Shown here one piece after another: positions 19,045 to 27,015 of a stretch of DNA of 64,000 bases. The DNA is from Sphingosinicella sp. (GTDB lineage Bacteria > Pseudomonadota > Alphaproteobacteria > Sphingomonadales > Sphingomonadaceae). The translations under genes were made by a program, and so were the position numbers. Positions within the stretch are counted from its first letter, which is position 1; each line of letters begins with the position of its first letter. Under the pieces are notes generated by a model, which had not been told where the DNA came from, made no database searches, and saw nothing but the letters and a program-made list of their open reading frames with translations. Where the stretch lies: NCBI RefSeq assembly GCF_013911755.1, contig NZ_JACESP010000014.1, positions 33,639-97,638 on the forward strand. The letters run 5' to 3'.

Positions 19045-19132
19045 GCAGGATGTCGCCGTGGGCCGGGCAAGACCGGTCCGCGGCCTTATCCGTTTCCAAA
19101 CCAACATTTTTATTCAGTCTAGGGGACTACAC

Positions 19133-19927
19133 ATGAAGAATTTTGTTTCGCGCGCCGGCCTTGCGGCGAGTGTTGCGCTCGGCACGCTGATGGTTTCGGC
19201 TCCGGCGTTCGCGGCGGAAGAGATCGCGACCGAAAACCCGTACGGCCTCCGCGCCGCGCTCGAGCAGGGCGGTCCGATCGCCCAGGGCACGTTCGCCATT
19301 CTCGTGCTGATGTCGCTTACCTCCTGGTACGTCATCTTCACGAAATGGTGGGACCAGCGGAAGCTGCTCATCGAAGCCAAGGAGCTGGACAAGAAGTTCT
19401 GGTCGGCGCCGAGCCTGAAGGACGGCGCAGCCAAGCTCGACAAGAACTCGGCTTTCCGCCAGATCGTCGACGACGGCCTGCGCGCTGCCGATCATCATGA
19501 AGGCCGTCTCACCGACAGCATCGACAAGAACGAGTGGGTGACGATGTCGATGGCGCGCTCGACGCACGCGATCAATGCCCGCCTGCAGAGCGGCCTTGCC
19601 TGGCTGGCGTCGGTGGGCTCGACCTCGCCGTTCGTCGGTCTGTTCGGTACCGTCGTCGGTATCTATCGCGCGCTCATCAACATCGGCGTTGCCGGTCAGG
19701 CCTCGATCGACAAGGTCGCGGGTCCGGTCGGTGAGGCGCTCATCATGACCGCGCTCGGTCTCGCCGTGGCCGTTCCGGCCGTGCTCGGCTACAACTGGCT
19801 GATCCGCCGCAACAAGGACGTTCAGGACCGTCTGAACAACTTCTCGGCTGACGTGCACGGCTACATGATGTCGGGTGCGCGCGTTGCACGCACGGGCGTG
19901 ACCCCGGCAGCGGCGCCGAAGGCCTGA
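19133..19927 (+). CDS. exbB: MotA/TolQ/ExbB proton-channel protein
   Basis: ATG 19133 gives a signal-like N-terminus. Conserved channel segment SPFVGLFGTVVGIYRALINIG...GPVGEALIMTALGLAVAVPAV. Confidence 0.9.
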   Translation: MKNFVSRAGLAASVALGTLMVSAPAFAAEEIATENPYGLRAALEQGGPIAQGTFAILVLMSLTSWYVIFTKWWDQRKLLIEAKELDKKFWSAPSLKDGAAKLDKNSAFRQIVDDGLRAADHHEGRLTDSIDKNEWVTMSMARSTHAINARLQSGLAWLASVGSTSPFVGLFGTVVGIYRALINIGVAGQASIDKVAGPVGEALIMTALGLAVAVPAVLGYNWLIRRNKDVQDRLNNFSADVHGYMMSGARVARTGVTPAAAPKA

Positions 19928-19935
19928 TCGTACGA

Positions 19936-19980
19936 AGGGGGCGTTTCCGGCTGGTCCGGTGCGCCCCCTCCCGTTTTGTT
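19936..19980 (+). terminator. intrinsic terminator/attenuator between exbB and exbD
   Basis: 8-bp GC stem AGGGGGCG/CGCCCCCT followed by CCGTTTTGTTT. Confidence 0.5.
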
Positions 19981-20004
19981 TGATATCAGGAAGGATCGCT
20001 AGAC

Positions 20005-20472
20005 ATGGCGATGCAAGTAGGACCCTCGGACGACGATGACGCGCCGATGGCGGACATCAACACGACGCCCCTCGTGGACGTCATGCTGGTTATGCTGATC
20101 ATCTTCCTCATCACCGTTCCCGTGGTCATTCAGACCGTACCGCTCGAACTTCCCAAAGTGAGCAGTATGCCGACGACGACGAAGCCGGAAAACGTCCTCA
20201 TCGCGGTCGACAACGCCGGCGACATCTTCTGGGGTGTCCAGCGTCTCGACAGCAAGCAGGAGCTCTTCGACAAGGCGGTTGCGCACTTGAAGAAGGAAAT
20301 CGAGCGTCAGGAAGCTGCAGGCACACCGATCGAGCTGCCTGAAGTCCATATCCGCGGTGACGCGGGCACGGAGTTCAGCAATATCGGCGGCGTCATCTTC
20401 ACGATGCAGCGCGCCGGTTTCGTGAAGGTGGGCTTCATTTCGGAACCGCCCGCCGGTTCTGTCAGCCGCTAA
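20005..20472 (+). CDS. exbD: biopolymer transporter ExbD
   Basis: INTTPLVDVMLVMLIIFLIT TM motif typical of ExbD/TolR; 155 aa. Confidence 0.9.
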   Translation: MAMQVGPSDDDDAPMADINTTPLVDVMLVMLIIFLITVPVVIQTVPLELPKVSSMPTTTKPENVLIAVDNAGDIFWGVQRLDSKQELFDKAVAHLKKEIERQEAAGTPIELPEVHIRGDAGTEFSNIGGVIFTMQRAGFVKVGFISEPPAGSVSR

Positions 20473-20485
20473 GGAAACCAAAACT

Positions 20486-20911
20486 ATGGCAATGAACGTA
20501 GGAGGCGGAGCCGAAGGCGGCGAAATGGTGGACATCAACACCACGCCGCTGATCGACGTGATGCTGGTGCTCCTCATCATGTTCATCATCACGATTCCGA
20601 TCCAGACGCACGCGGTGAAGCTCGACCTTCCGTCGAATCAGAACCAGCCGCAGAACTCTCAGGTCGATCCGGTGATCAACCGCGTGAGCATCGACTTCCT
20701 GAACACGATCTACTGGAACGATCAGGAAGTGGACATGAACACGCTGCGCTCGTACTTCAACGACGCGGCGCGCATGGAGCCTCAGCCCGAAATCCATTTG
20801 AAGCCCGACGCACTGTCGCGCTACGACGTTGTGAACAACGTCATGGCGCAGGCGCAGATGTCCGGTGTCACGAAGATCGGTTTCGTCGGTAACGAGGCCT
20901 ACGCCAACTAA
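20486..20911 (+). CDS. exbD: biopolymer transporter ExbD (second copy)
   Basis: INTTPLIDVMLVLLIMFIIT motif; 141 aa. Confidence 0.9.
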   Translation: MAMNVGGGAEGGEMVDINTTPLIDVMLVLLIMFIITIPIQTHAVKLDLPSNQNQPQNSQVDPVINRVSIDFLNTIYWNDQEVDMNTLRSYFNDAARMEPQPEIHLKPDALSRYDVVNNVMAQAQMSGVTKIGFVGNEAYAN

Positions 20912-20936
20912 GGCGAAGTCCTCGATCCAAAAGAAG

Positions 20937-20968
20937 AGGGGCGGACTTTCGGGTCCGCCCCTTTTTTG
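20937..20968. terminator. bidirectional intrinsic terminator between exbD and phaZ (convergent)
   Basis: 10-bp stem AGGGGCGGAC/GTCCGCCCCT, 6-nt loop, T6 run on the + strand and an A-rich run on the other side. Confidence 0.7.
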
Positions 20969-20994
20969 TCTGTTCGATGGAAGCGGCCGGTGGG

Positions 20995-22215
20995 TCAGTC
21001 GTGCTTCGCGATGAAGTCCTCGACGACGGGTGCGATCTTCTCGCGCCAGCGGCGGCCGTTGAAGATGCCGTAGTGGCCGACCTCCTTCGCAAGCAGATAT
21101 TCCTTTTTCGCGGCGGGAAGCGCAGTCGCGAGCGTCAGCGCCGCCTTCGTCTGGCCGACGCCGGAAATGTCGTCGCGTTCGCCTTCCACCGCCAGCAGCG
21201 CCACGTCGGTGATGGCGGCGGGGTCGATCTTCGTGCCGCGGTGCAGAAACTCGCCCTTCGGCAGCAGATGGCGCTGGAAGACGGCGTCCACCGTTTGCAG
21301 GTAGAACTCCGCGGTCATGTCACAGACGGCGCGGTACTCGTCGTAGAAGGCCTTGGTCGAATCGGCGCTTTCGCCGTCGCCTTCGACAAGATGCCGGAAC
21401 ATCTCCCAGTGGCTCATCATGTGGTTGCCGAGGTTCATCGACATGAAGCCGGCAAGCTGCAGGAAGCCCGGATAGACGCGGCGCCCGGCGCCCGCGTAGA
21501 TCGGCGGCACGGTGGTGATGGCGTTGTGTTCGAACCAGCTGTGGCCGCGGCCGGTGGCGAGCGTGTTGACCTCGGTCGGTGCTTCGCGCGTGTCGATCGG
21601 TCCGCCCATCATGGTGAGCGAGCGCGGGCGCGCCTTGTGCTTCTTCGCGGACATCAGTGCCGCTGCCGCATAGGCGGGGACCGAGGGCTGGCAGACCGCG
21701 ATCATGTGCGTGCCGGGGCCGATGTGGTTGAGGAACGCGACGATGTAGTCGACGTAGTCGTCGAGATCGAAGCGGCCTTCATCGAGGGGGACGAGCTTCG
21801 CGTCGCGCCAGTCGGTGATGTAGACATCATGGCCCGGGATCATGCGCTGCACAGTGCCGCGCAGCAGCGTCGCATAGTGGCCGGACATCGGCGCGACGAT
21901 GAGCAGCTTGGGACCCGCGGCCACGCCGTTCTGCTTCACGAAATGCTTGAGCTGCCCGAACGGCAGACGGAAGCTGATCTCCTCGCGCACGGCGACATCG
22001 GCGTCCCCGATCCTGACGCTGTGGATACCGAATTCGGGCTTGCCGCGCGGCGCAGAGGCATGGGCGAACACGTCAAGCGCCGAGGCGATGACCGGACTCA
22101 TGCCGATATAGGCCAGCGGATTCGATGGATGCGCGAGCCAGTTGGCGCCCATGCTGGCAAAGGCGCTGGCCCCGGCCATCATGGAACGGTGCAGCTCGTA
22201 GCTATGATAAATCAT
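20995..22215 (-). CDS. phaZ: intracellular polyhydroxyalkanoate (PHB) depolymerase
   Basis: 406 aa. The N-terminus MIYHSYELHRSMMAGASAF and overall length match the PhaZ family as I remember it. Adjacent to bdhA. Confidence 0.88.
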   Translation of the reverse strand: MIYHSYELHRSMMAGASAFASMGANWLAHPSNPLAYIGMSPVIASALDVFAHASAPRGKPEFGIHSVRIGDADVAVREEISFRLPFGQLKHFVKQNGVAAGPKLLIVAPMSGHYATLLRGTVQRMIPGHDVYITDWRDAKLVPLDEGRFDLDDYVDYIVAFLNHIGPGTHMIAVCQPSVPAYAAAALMSAKKHKARPRSLTMMGGPIDTREAPTEVNTLATGRGHSWFEHNAITTVPPIYAGAGRRVYPGFLQLAGFMSMNLGNHMMSHWEMFRHLVEGDGESADSTKAFYDEYRAVCDMTAEFYLQTVDAVFQRHLLPKGEFLHRGTKIDPAAITDVALLAVEGERDDISGVGQTKAALTLATALPAAKKEYLLAKEVGHYGIFNGRRWREKIAPVVEDFIAKHD

Positions 22216-22381
22216 TCACAATACCCCGCTCGGAAAGCCGGCATTTACATCGAATACCGGTCGTTTCCCGTTCAGCTTAACCCGTGCAAATCGCGAGTCC
22301 ATCGATTATTGCATTGCACAATGAGCGCGCCGTTAACGACGGCGCCGCAAGCTGTTCGCAAATGCTGCAAAGGAGAACGCC

Positions 22382-23176
22382 ATGACCGCCAGAACGCTTG
22401 AGGGCCGCGTCGCCCTCGTTACCGGCTCCACGAGCGGGATCGGGCTTTCGGTCGCACGCGGCATGGCCGCTGCGGGTGCGAACATCGGCATCAACGGCTT
22501 CGGCGACGCCGACGCGATCGAGCGTGAACGTGCCGCGATCGAGGCTGACTTCGGTGTGCGCTGCGCCTTCCTGCCCGCCGACCTCTCCAAGGGCGCGGAA
22601 GCGACGAAACTCGTTTCGGACTGTGCGGCGGCGCTTGGCGGGGTCGACATCCTCGTCAACAACGCCGGTATCCAGTACGTCGCGCCCGTGGACGAGTTTC
22701 CCCCGGCGAAGTGGGAAGCGATCATCGCGATCAACCTTTCCGCCGCTTTCTACACGACGCAGGCGGCGCTGCCGGCGATGAAGGCGAAGAACTGGGGCCG
22801 CATCATCAACATCGCGTCGGCGCACGGCCTCGTCGCCTCACCGTTCAAGGCGGCGTATGTGTCGGCGAAGCACGGCATCGTCGGCCTCACCAAGACGGCG
22901 GCGCTGGAACTTGCCGAAACCGGTATCACGGTGAACGCGATCTGCCCCGGCTACGTGCGCACGCCGCTTGTCGCCGGGCAGGTGGCCGACCAGGCGAAGG
23001 TGCACAACATGTCGGAGGAGGAGGTCGTGCGGAACGTGATCCTCGCCGCGCAGCCCAACAAGCGCTTCATCGAGCCCGAGGAAGTCGCCGACTTTGCCGT
23101 GTTCCTCGCAGGCGAGACCGGGCGCTCGTTCACCGGCGACATCCTCTCGATCGACGGCGGCTGGACGGCGCGGTGA
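22382..23176 (+). CDS. bdhA: 3-hydroxybutyrate dehydrogenase
   Basis: SDR with LEGRVALVTGSTSGIGLSVARGM, NNAGIQ, and YVSAKHG (YxxxK). Confidence 0.88.
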   Translation: MTARTLEGRVALVTGSTSGIGLSVARGMAAAGANIGINGFGDADAIERERAAIEADFGVRCAFLPADLSKGAEATKLVSDCAAALGGVDILVNNAGIQYVAPVDEFPPAKWEAIIAINLSAAFYTTQAALPAMKAKNWGRIINIASAHGLVASPFKAAYVSAKHGIVGLTKTAALELAETGITVNAICPGYVRTPLVAGQVADQAKVHNMSEEEVVRNVILAAQPNKRFIEPEEVADFAVFLAGETGRSFTGDILSIDGGWTAR

Positions 23177-23928
23177 GCTTCCCTGCAGGCGCCGTCCTCA
23201 TCACCGGCGCCTCTTCCGGCATCGGCAAGGCGACGGCCGAGCGGCTCTACGCCGAAGGCGTCCGGCGTTTCGCGCTGATGGACTTAAGCAGCGCCGCGCC
23301 GACGCTTCCCGATGCCGACGTCCTGCAACTTACCGGCAATGTGGCCGACCCATCCACATGGGAGGAGGCCGAACGCGCGATCATGCAGCGTTTCGGTCGT
23401 CTCGACCTCGCCGTCGTCAACGCCGGTGTCTCGGGCGCCGGCCCGATCGCGGACCTCGCCTTTGACGAATGGCGCCGCGTGCTTTCGGTCAATCTCGATG
23501 GCGCCTTTCTGACGCTGCGCGCGGCGATGCGGCTGATAACGGGGGCGGGGGCAATCGTGGTCGTCTCCTCGATCTCCGGGATCAAGGCCGAGCCCGGCGT
23601 TGGCGCCTATGGCGCTTCCAAGGCCGCTGCCGCCCACCTCGCAAAGGTCGCCGCAAAGGAGGGCGCCGCGCGCGGCCTCCGCGTGAACGCGATCCTGCCG
23701 GGCGGCGTCGATACGCCGATCTGGAACGGCATGGCGTTCTTCGACGACATGGTTCGCGACCTCGGCAGCCGCGAGGCTGCGCTGCAGGCAATGGCCTCCG
23801 CCGCGACACCGCTGGGGCGCTTCGCGAGCGCGGACGAGATCGCGGGGCAGATCGCGTTCCTGCTGTCGGATGCAGCGGCGACGATTACGGGCGCGCTGCT
23901 GCAGAGCGACGGGGGATATTCGCTGTAG
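23173..23928 (+). CDS. SDR-family oxidoreductase
   Basis: GTG 23173 overlaps the bdhA stop (GTGA). Motifs VLITGASSGIGKATAERL, NAGV, YGASKAA. Confidence 0.8.
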   Translation: MSFPAGAVLITGASSGIGKATAERLYAEGVRRFALMDLSSAAPTLPDADVLQLTGNVADPSTWEEAERAIMQRFGRLDLAVVNAGVSGAGPIADLAFDEWRRVLSVNLDGAFLTLRAAMRLITGAGAIVVVSSISGIKAEPGVGAYGASKAAAAHLAKVAAKEGAARGLRVNAILPGGVDTPIWNGMAFFDDMVRDLGSREAALQAMASAATPLGRFASADEIAGQIAFLLSDAAATITGALLQSDGGYSL

Positions 23929-23934
23929 GGCCGG

Positions 23935-24585
23935 TTACTTGCCGGCCTGCCGGGAGATGAGGCGCCCATTCGCCAGAAGGTCGAAATCGGGCGCCGCCGC
24001 GCGTCCGATCAAGGCGGGACCATTTGTGCCCTGCGCGAAGAAAAGCATGTCCCCCTCGCTCAGCAGAACGCCATAGGCGGCAAGGATATTGCCGCCGTGC
24101 GTTACGATCACGTCGTTGCGCGCACCCGGCTTCAGCGCGCCGACAAGGGCCGAAAGATCGCGCGATGCCATAGCCTCGCTACGGCCGCGCACGTCGGTGA
24201 TATGCCCGATGGTCTCCTCGGCCCTGGCCTTTCCGAAGATCAGCCGGGCGGTCTCCATCGTGCGGCAGAGCGGGCTGGCAAGCACCTCTCCGAAGGGAAT
24301 CTCCAGCGTGCGGAATGCCTGGCCGGTTTCCGTGGCCCCGGCATAGCCGGCAGTCGACAGGTTGCGCTGCGCTGAACAATCGGTCCAGAGCTTTGAGAAA
24401 TCATCCCAATGGCTTGCCATCGCTGCGCGCTGGTGGCGCATCACGATGATCAATCCGCCCTTTTCAAGGCGAGGCAACAGCGCATCCGCGCCCAGCAAAC
24501 CGGCTTGCGCTGAGGGCGCGACTTGCGCCGCCGCCGGCAGCGACACCAGAAGGAACAGTCCAAGGATCAGGCTTGTCAAACGCAT
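23935..24585 (-). CDS. histidine phosphatase family protein, secreted
   Basis: ATG 24585 gives signal peptide MRLTSLILGLFLLVSLPAAAQ. Contains IIVMRHQR (RH catalytic motif) and VTHGGN. The upstream part of the 395-aa track ORF is shadow sequence. Confidence 0.75.
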   Translation of the reverse strand: MRLTSLILGLFLLVSLPAAAQVAPSAQAGLLGADALLPRLEKGGLIIVMRHQRAAMASHWDDFSKLWTDCSAQRNLSTAGYAGATETGQAFRTLEIPFGEVLASPLCRTMETARLIFGKARAEETIGHITDVRGRSEAMASRDLSALVGALKPGARNDVIVTHGGNILAAYGVLLSEGDMLFFAQGTNGPALIGRAAAPDFDLLANGRLISRQAGK

Positions 24586-24598
24586 GGTGTTACCGCCC

Positions 24599-25105
24599 TC
24601 AATCGAATTTCTGGTTGCGCGGCGCCTCATCGCCCTTGGGCGCGGAAACGATGACGAAGGCATGTTCCGTGGCCGCGTGACATGCGTTGCAGGTTTGAAG
24701 CAAACGATCGTACTTGCTTTCGAACGCCTTCCAGTCGCCCTCCTTGATGGAGACATTGAGGTCGGCGATGGGCTCTTCAAGCATTTCGGCGAGTTTGATC
24801 GCGTCCCATCCGTTGTATGCGTAAGGCTCGATCTTGCCTTGCCTGACATCGCGCAGCGCGCTTTCAAGCTTCCACGAATACCAGGATGCAAGCTCCTGAT
24901 TGCCGGCCGTCCCCGCGAAATAGAGCTTCGTGGAATAGGTCTGAAACTCGTGCATGACATCGAGCAGCCGGTACGTCTTGACGTGTCGCGGCGGCTCAGG
25001 GGGCGGCGAAGGTTTCGGCTCGTAGAGCGCGGACAGCGCCAGGGTCGTTGCGACGCTCGCACCGACGGCAACCGCCAATGTCCCGAGCCACAGTCTACGT
25101 TCCAT
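24599..25105 (-). CDS. membrane-anchored putative class II (c'-like) cytochrome c
   Basis: 168 aa from ATG 25105. TM anchor, Pro-rich linker PKPSPPPEPP, helical body and a single C-terminal heme motif CNACH. Confidence 0.5.
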   Translation of the reverse strand: MERRLWLGTLAVAVGASVATTLALSALYEPKPSPPPEPPRHVKTYRLLDVMHEFQTYSTKLYFAGTAGNQELASWYSWKLESALRDVRQGKIEPYAYNGWDAIKLAEMLEEPIADLNVSIKEGDWKAFESKYDRLLQTCNACHAATEHAFVIVSAPKGDEAPRNQKFD

Positions 25106-25459
25106 AGCGCCCCCCTTCGCAATATCGTGAACAGTCACCGAACCGGGCGGCCTCGCCAAGCTGCCATGCAGGCAATATGCGGCGGAAACGGGTAAGCGCC
25201 ATCCACAACAGATCGAACTTGCCGAAGACCGCCGGCAAGGGAATGCCGATCTTTGCGTGGTCCCGAGCGTCGGTCCATTGACAGCCGTGCCCGCCATTCC
25301 CATTAACGGGGGCGCGGCCCGGGCCCCTCTGGCGAGATCGTTCTCGTGATGTCGGACCGCATCGGAAGATCCGATGCTTGCGGCCCGGCGGCTTACGTCT
25401 GTTCCCTTAAAAGCGCGGATCCTCCGGCGACCATGCGGTCCACAAGAGGAGATAGACGA

Positions 25460-25519
25460 ATGCCGCACATCCGCTTCCGCTTCCGGCGAACCGCCCCCGA
25501 TTTCGCAGGGGTGTGCTGA
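25460..25519 (+). CDS. 19-codon upstream ORF (leader peptide MPHIRFRFRRTAPDFAGVC) coupled to the TerC gene
   Basis: AGGAG lies 8 nt upstream of ATG 25460. Its TGA (25517-25519) overlaps ATG 25519 of the TerC gene. It is below the ORF-track size cutoff. Confidence 0.35.
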   Translation: MPHIRFRFRRTAPDFAGVC

Positions 25520-26517
25520 TGGAATTTCTGTTTGCTGATTGGCTGGGAACCCCGGCCTGGTTCTGGCTGTCTTTCCTGTTCCTCGTGATCGCGCTGACGG
25601 CGTTCGACCTCGGCGTGCTTCACAAGGAAGACCGCGAGATGGGGATCGGCGAGAGCCTGAAGCTTTCCGCTTTCTACATCGGCATCGCGCTACTGTTCGG
25701 CGCCTGGGTCTGGTACGCGCGCGGGCCTGAGCCGGGGATGCAATATTACACGGGTTTCTTCATCGAAAAGGCGCTGTCGATCGACAACGTCTTCGTGATC
25801 AGCCTGATCTTCACCTATTTCGCGATCCCGCCCAAATATCAGTACCGGGCGCTGCTGTGGGGCATCATTGCCGTGATCGTGCTGCGCGGGCTGATGATCG
25901 CGGGTGGCGCCGCGCTGGTGAACGAGGCCTACTGGGTGCTCTATCTGTTCGCGGCGTTCCTGATCTTCACCGGCATCAAGATGTTCTTCGCCGGTGACGA
26001 GCCCATGGATGTCGCGAACAATCCGGCGGTGAAGTTCATCTCCAGGCACATGCGCGTGACCCCGGTGCTGCACGAGCAACATTTCTTCGTGAAAGTGCCC
26101 GATGCCCGGACCGGAACGCTGGTAACGGCGGCGACGCCCCTGTTTCTGGCGCTCGTCGTCATCAATCTTGCCGATCTGGTGTTCGCGGTCGACAGCGTGC
26201 CGGCGATCTTCGCGATCACGACCGACACCTTCATCGTTTATACGTCGAACATCATGGCCATCCTCGGCCTGCGTGCCCTTTACTTCGCGCTCGCCGCGAT
26301 GGTGCATCGCTTCCACTATCTGAAATATGCGCTGGCGGCGGTCCTGATCTTCATCGGGGCGAAAATTTTCGTGGCAGACTTCATCCTTGGGGGTGACAAG
26401 TTTCCGCCTCTGGTCAGCCTCGGCGTCACCTTTGCGCTGATCGCAGCCGGGATCGCGTACTCGCTTTGGAAAACCAGAGGGGAGCCTGAGCCGGACTGGC
26501 CCGCCGACGGGCACTGA
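25519..26517 (+). CDS. TerC/Alx-family integral membrane protein
   Basis: Multi-TM protein with TerC motifs EKALSIDNVFVISLIF and FAVDSVPAIFAIT. Start is ATG 25519 or GTG 25513. Confidence 0.9.
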   Translation: MEFLFADWLGTPAWFWLSFLFLVIALTAFDLGVLHKEDREMGIGESLKLSAFYIGIALLFGAWVWYARGPEPGMQYYTGFFIEKALSIDNVFVISLIFTYFAIPPKYQYRALLWGIIAVIVLRGLMIAGGAALVNEAYWVLYLFAAFLIFTGIKMFFAGDEPMDVANNPAVKFISRHMRVTPVLHEQHFFVKVPDARTGTLVTAATPLFLALVVINLADLVFAVDSVPAIFAITTDTFIVYTSNIMAILGLRALYFALAAMVHRFHYLKYALAAVLIFIGAKIFVADFILGGDKFPPLVSLGVTFALIAAGIAYSLWKTRGEPEPDWPADGH

Positions 26518-26653
26518 GACACGCACGCACGGGGCTGATCGTTGAGGTGCTGTCACGAAAAATTCACGGGCGTTTTTCCGAAACCGGAAACCATTGCACG
26601 GCAATGCGGGCGCATGGTCCATCTTGCGGGGAGCAGTGTGCGTGCGTGTGTTC

Positions 26654-26974
26654 ATGGTTCTTCTGGTCTTGGCCGGTGCGGCGCCGGCAGCGGCTGCGAC
26701 AACATGGCCCGAGGCGGCCTCCGGGGCGGTGCGGGCGGCGCAGGCGATGCCGCGATCGGCGGTGGTGCGCCGGGCTACGTGCGTGGCGCGGGTGCGGGTT
26801 GCCGTGGACGGCAACGGGCTCATCACGCGCTACGACATCTTGAAGCCGTGTGCGGAGCCGATCCTGACGCGCTCCACCGACGATCTGTTCTTCAAGGTCG
26901 GCCAGCTGCCGCCACCACCTGCACGGCGCCCGGCGAGCCTTGAGATCGAGGTGCGCTGGCCGCCAAAGGGCTGA
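26654..26974 (+). CDS. small hypothetical secreted protein
   Basis: GC3-rich frame. MVLLVLAGAAPAAAA signal-like N-terminus. About 106 aa with no recognisable domain. Confidence 0.5.
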   Translation: MVLLVLAGAAPAAAATTWPEAASGAVRAAQAMPRSAVVRRATCVARVRVAVDGNGLITRYDILKPCAEPILTRSTDDLFFKVGQLPPPPARRPASLEIEVRWPPKG

Positions 26975-27015
26975 GCGCCATTGAGCGCGGGCGCAGGCAC
27001 TGCTAATCCGCCGCA

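Noticed and set aside
22216-22381. Possible PhaR-type operator (TTGCATTGCACAA) in the phaZ-bdhA spacer
   Set aside because: The sequence is not a true palindrome when written out, and I cannot match it confidently to a known operator consensus.
20977-22401. 474-aa ORF on the plus strand
   Set aside because: It is antisense to phaZ and runs through the phaZ-bdhA spacer. It has a low-complexity Arg/Asp/Gly composition.
25106-25459. yybP-ykoY (Mn2+) riboswitch upstream of the TerC gene
   Set aside because: It is expected from the gene context, but I could not find the conserved GGGGAGUAG-type core or the paired conserved loops by eye. Only a covariance-model search can settle this, so it is not annotated.
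25690-26826. 378-aa ORF on the minus strand
   Set aside because: It is antisense to the TerC-family membrane gene and has an extremely Arg-rich composition.
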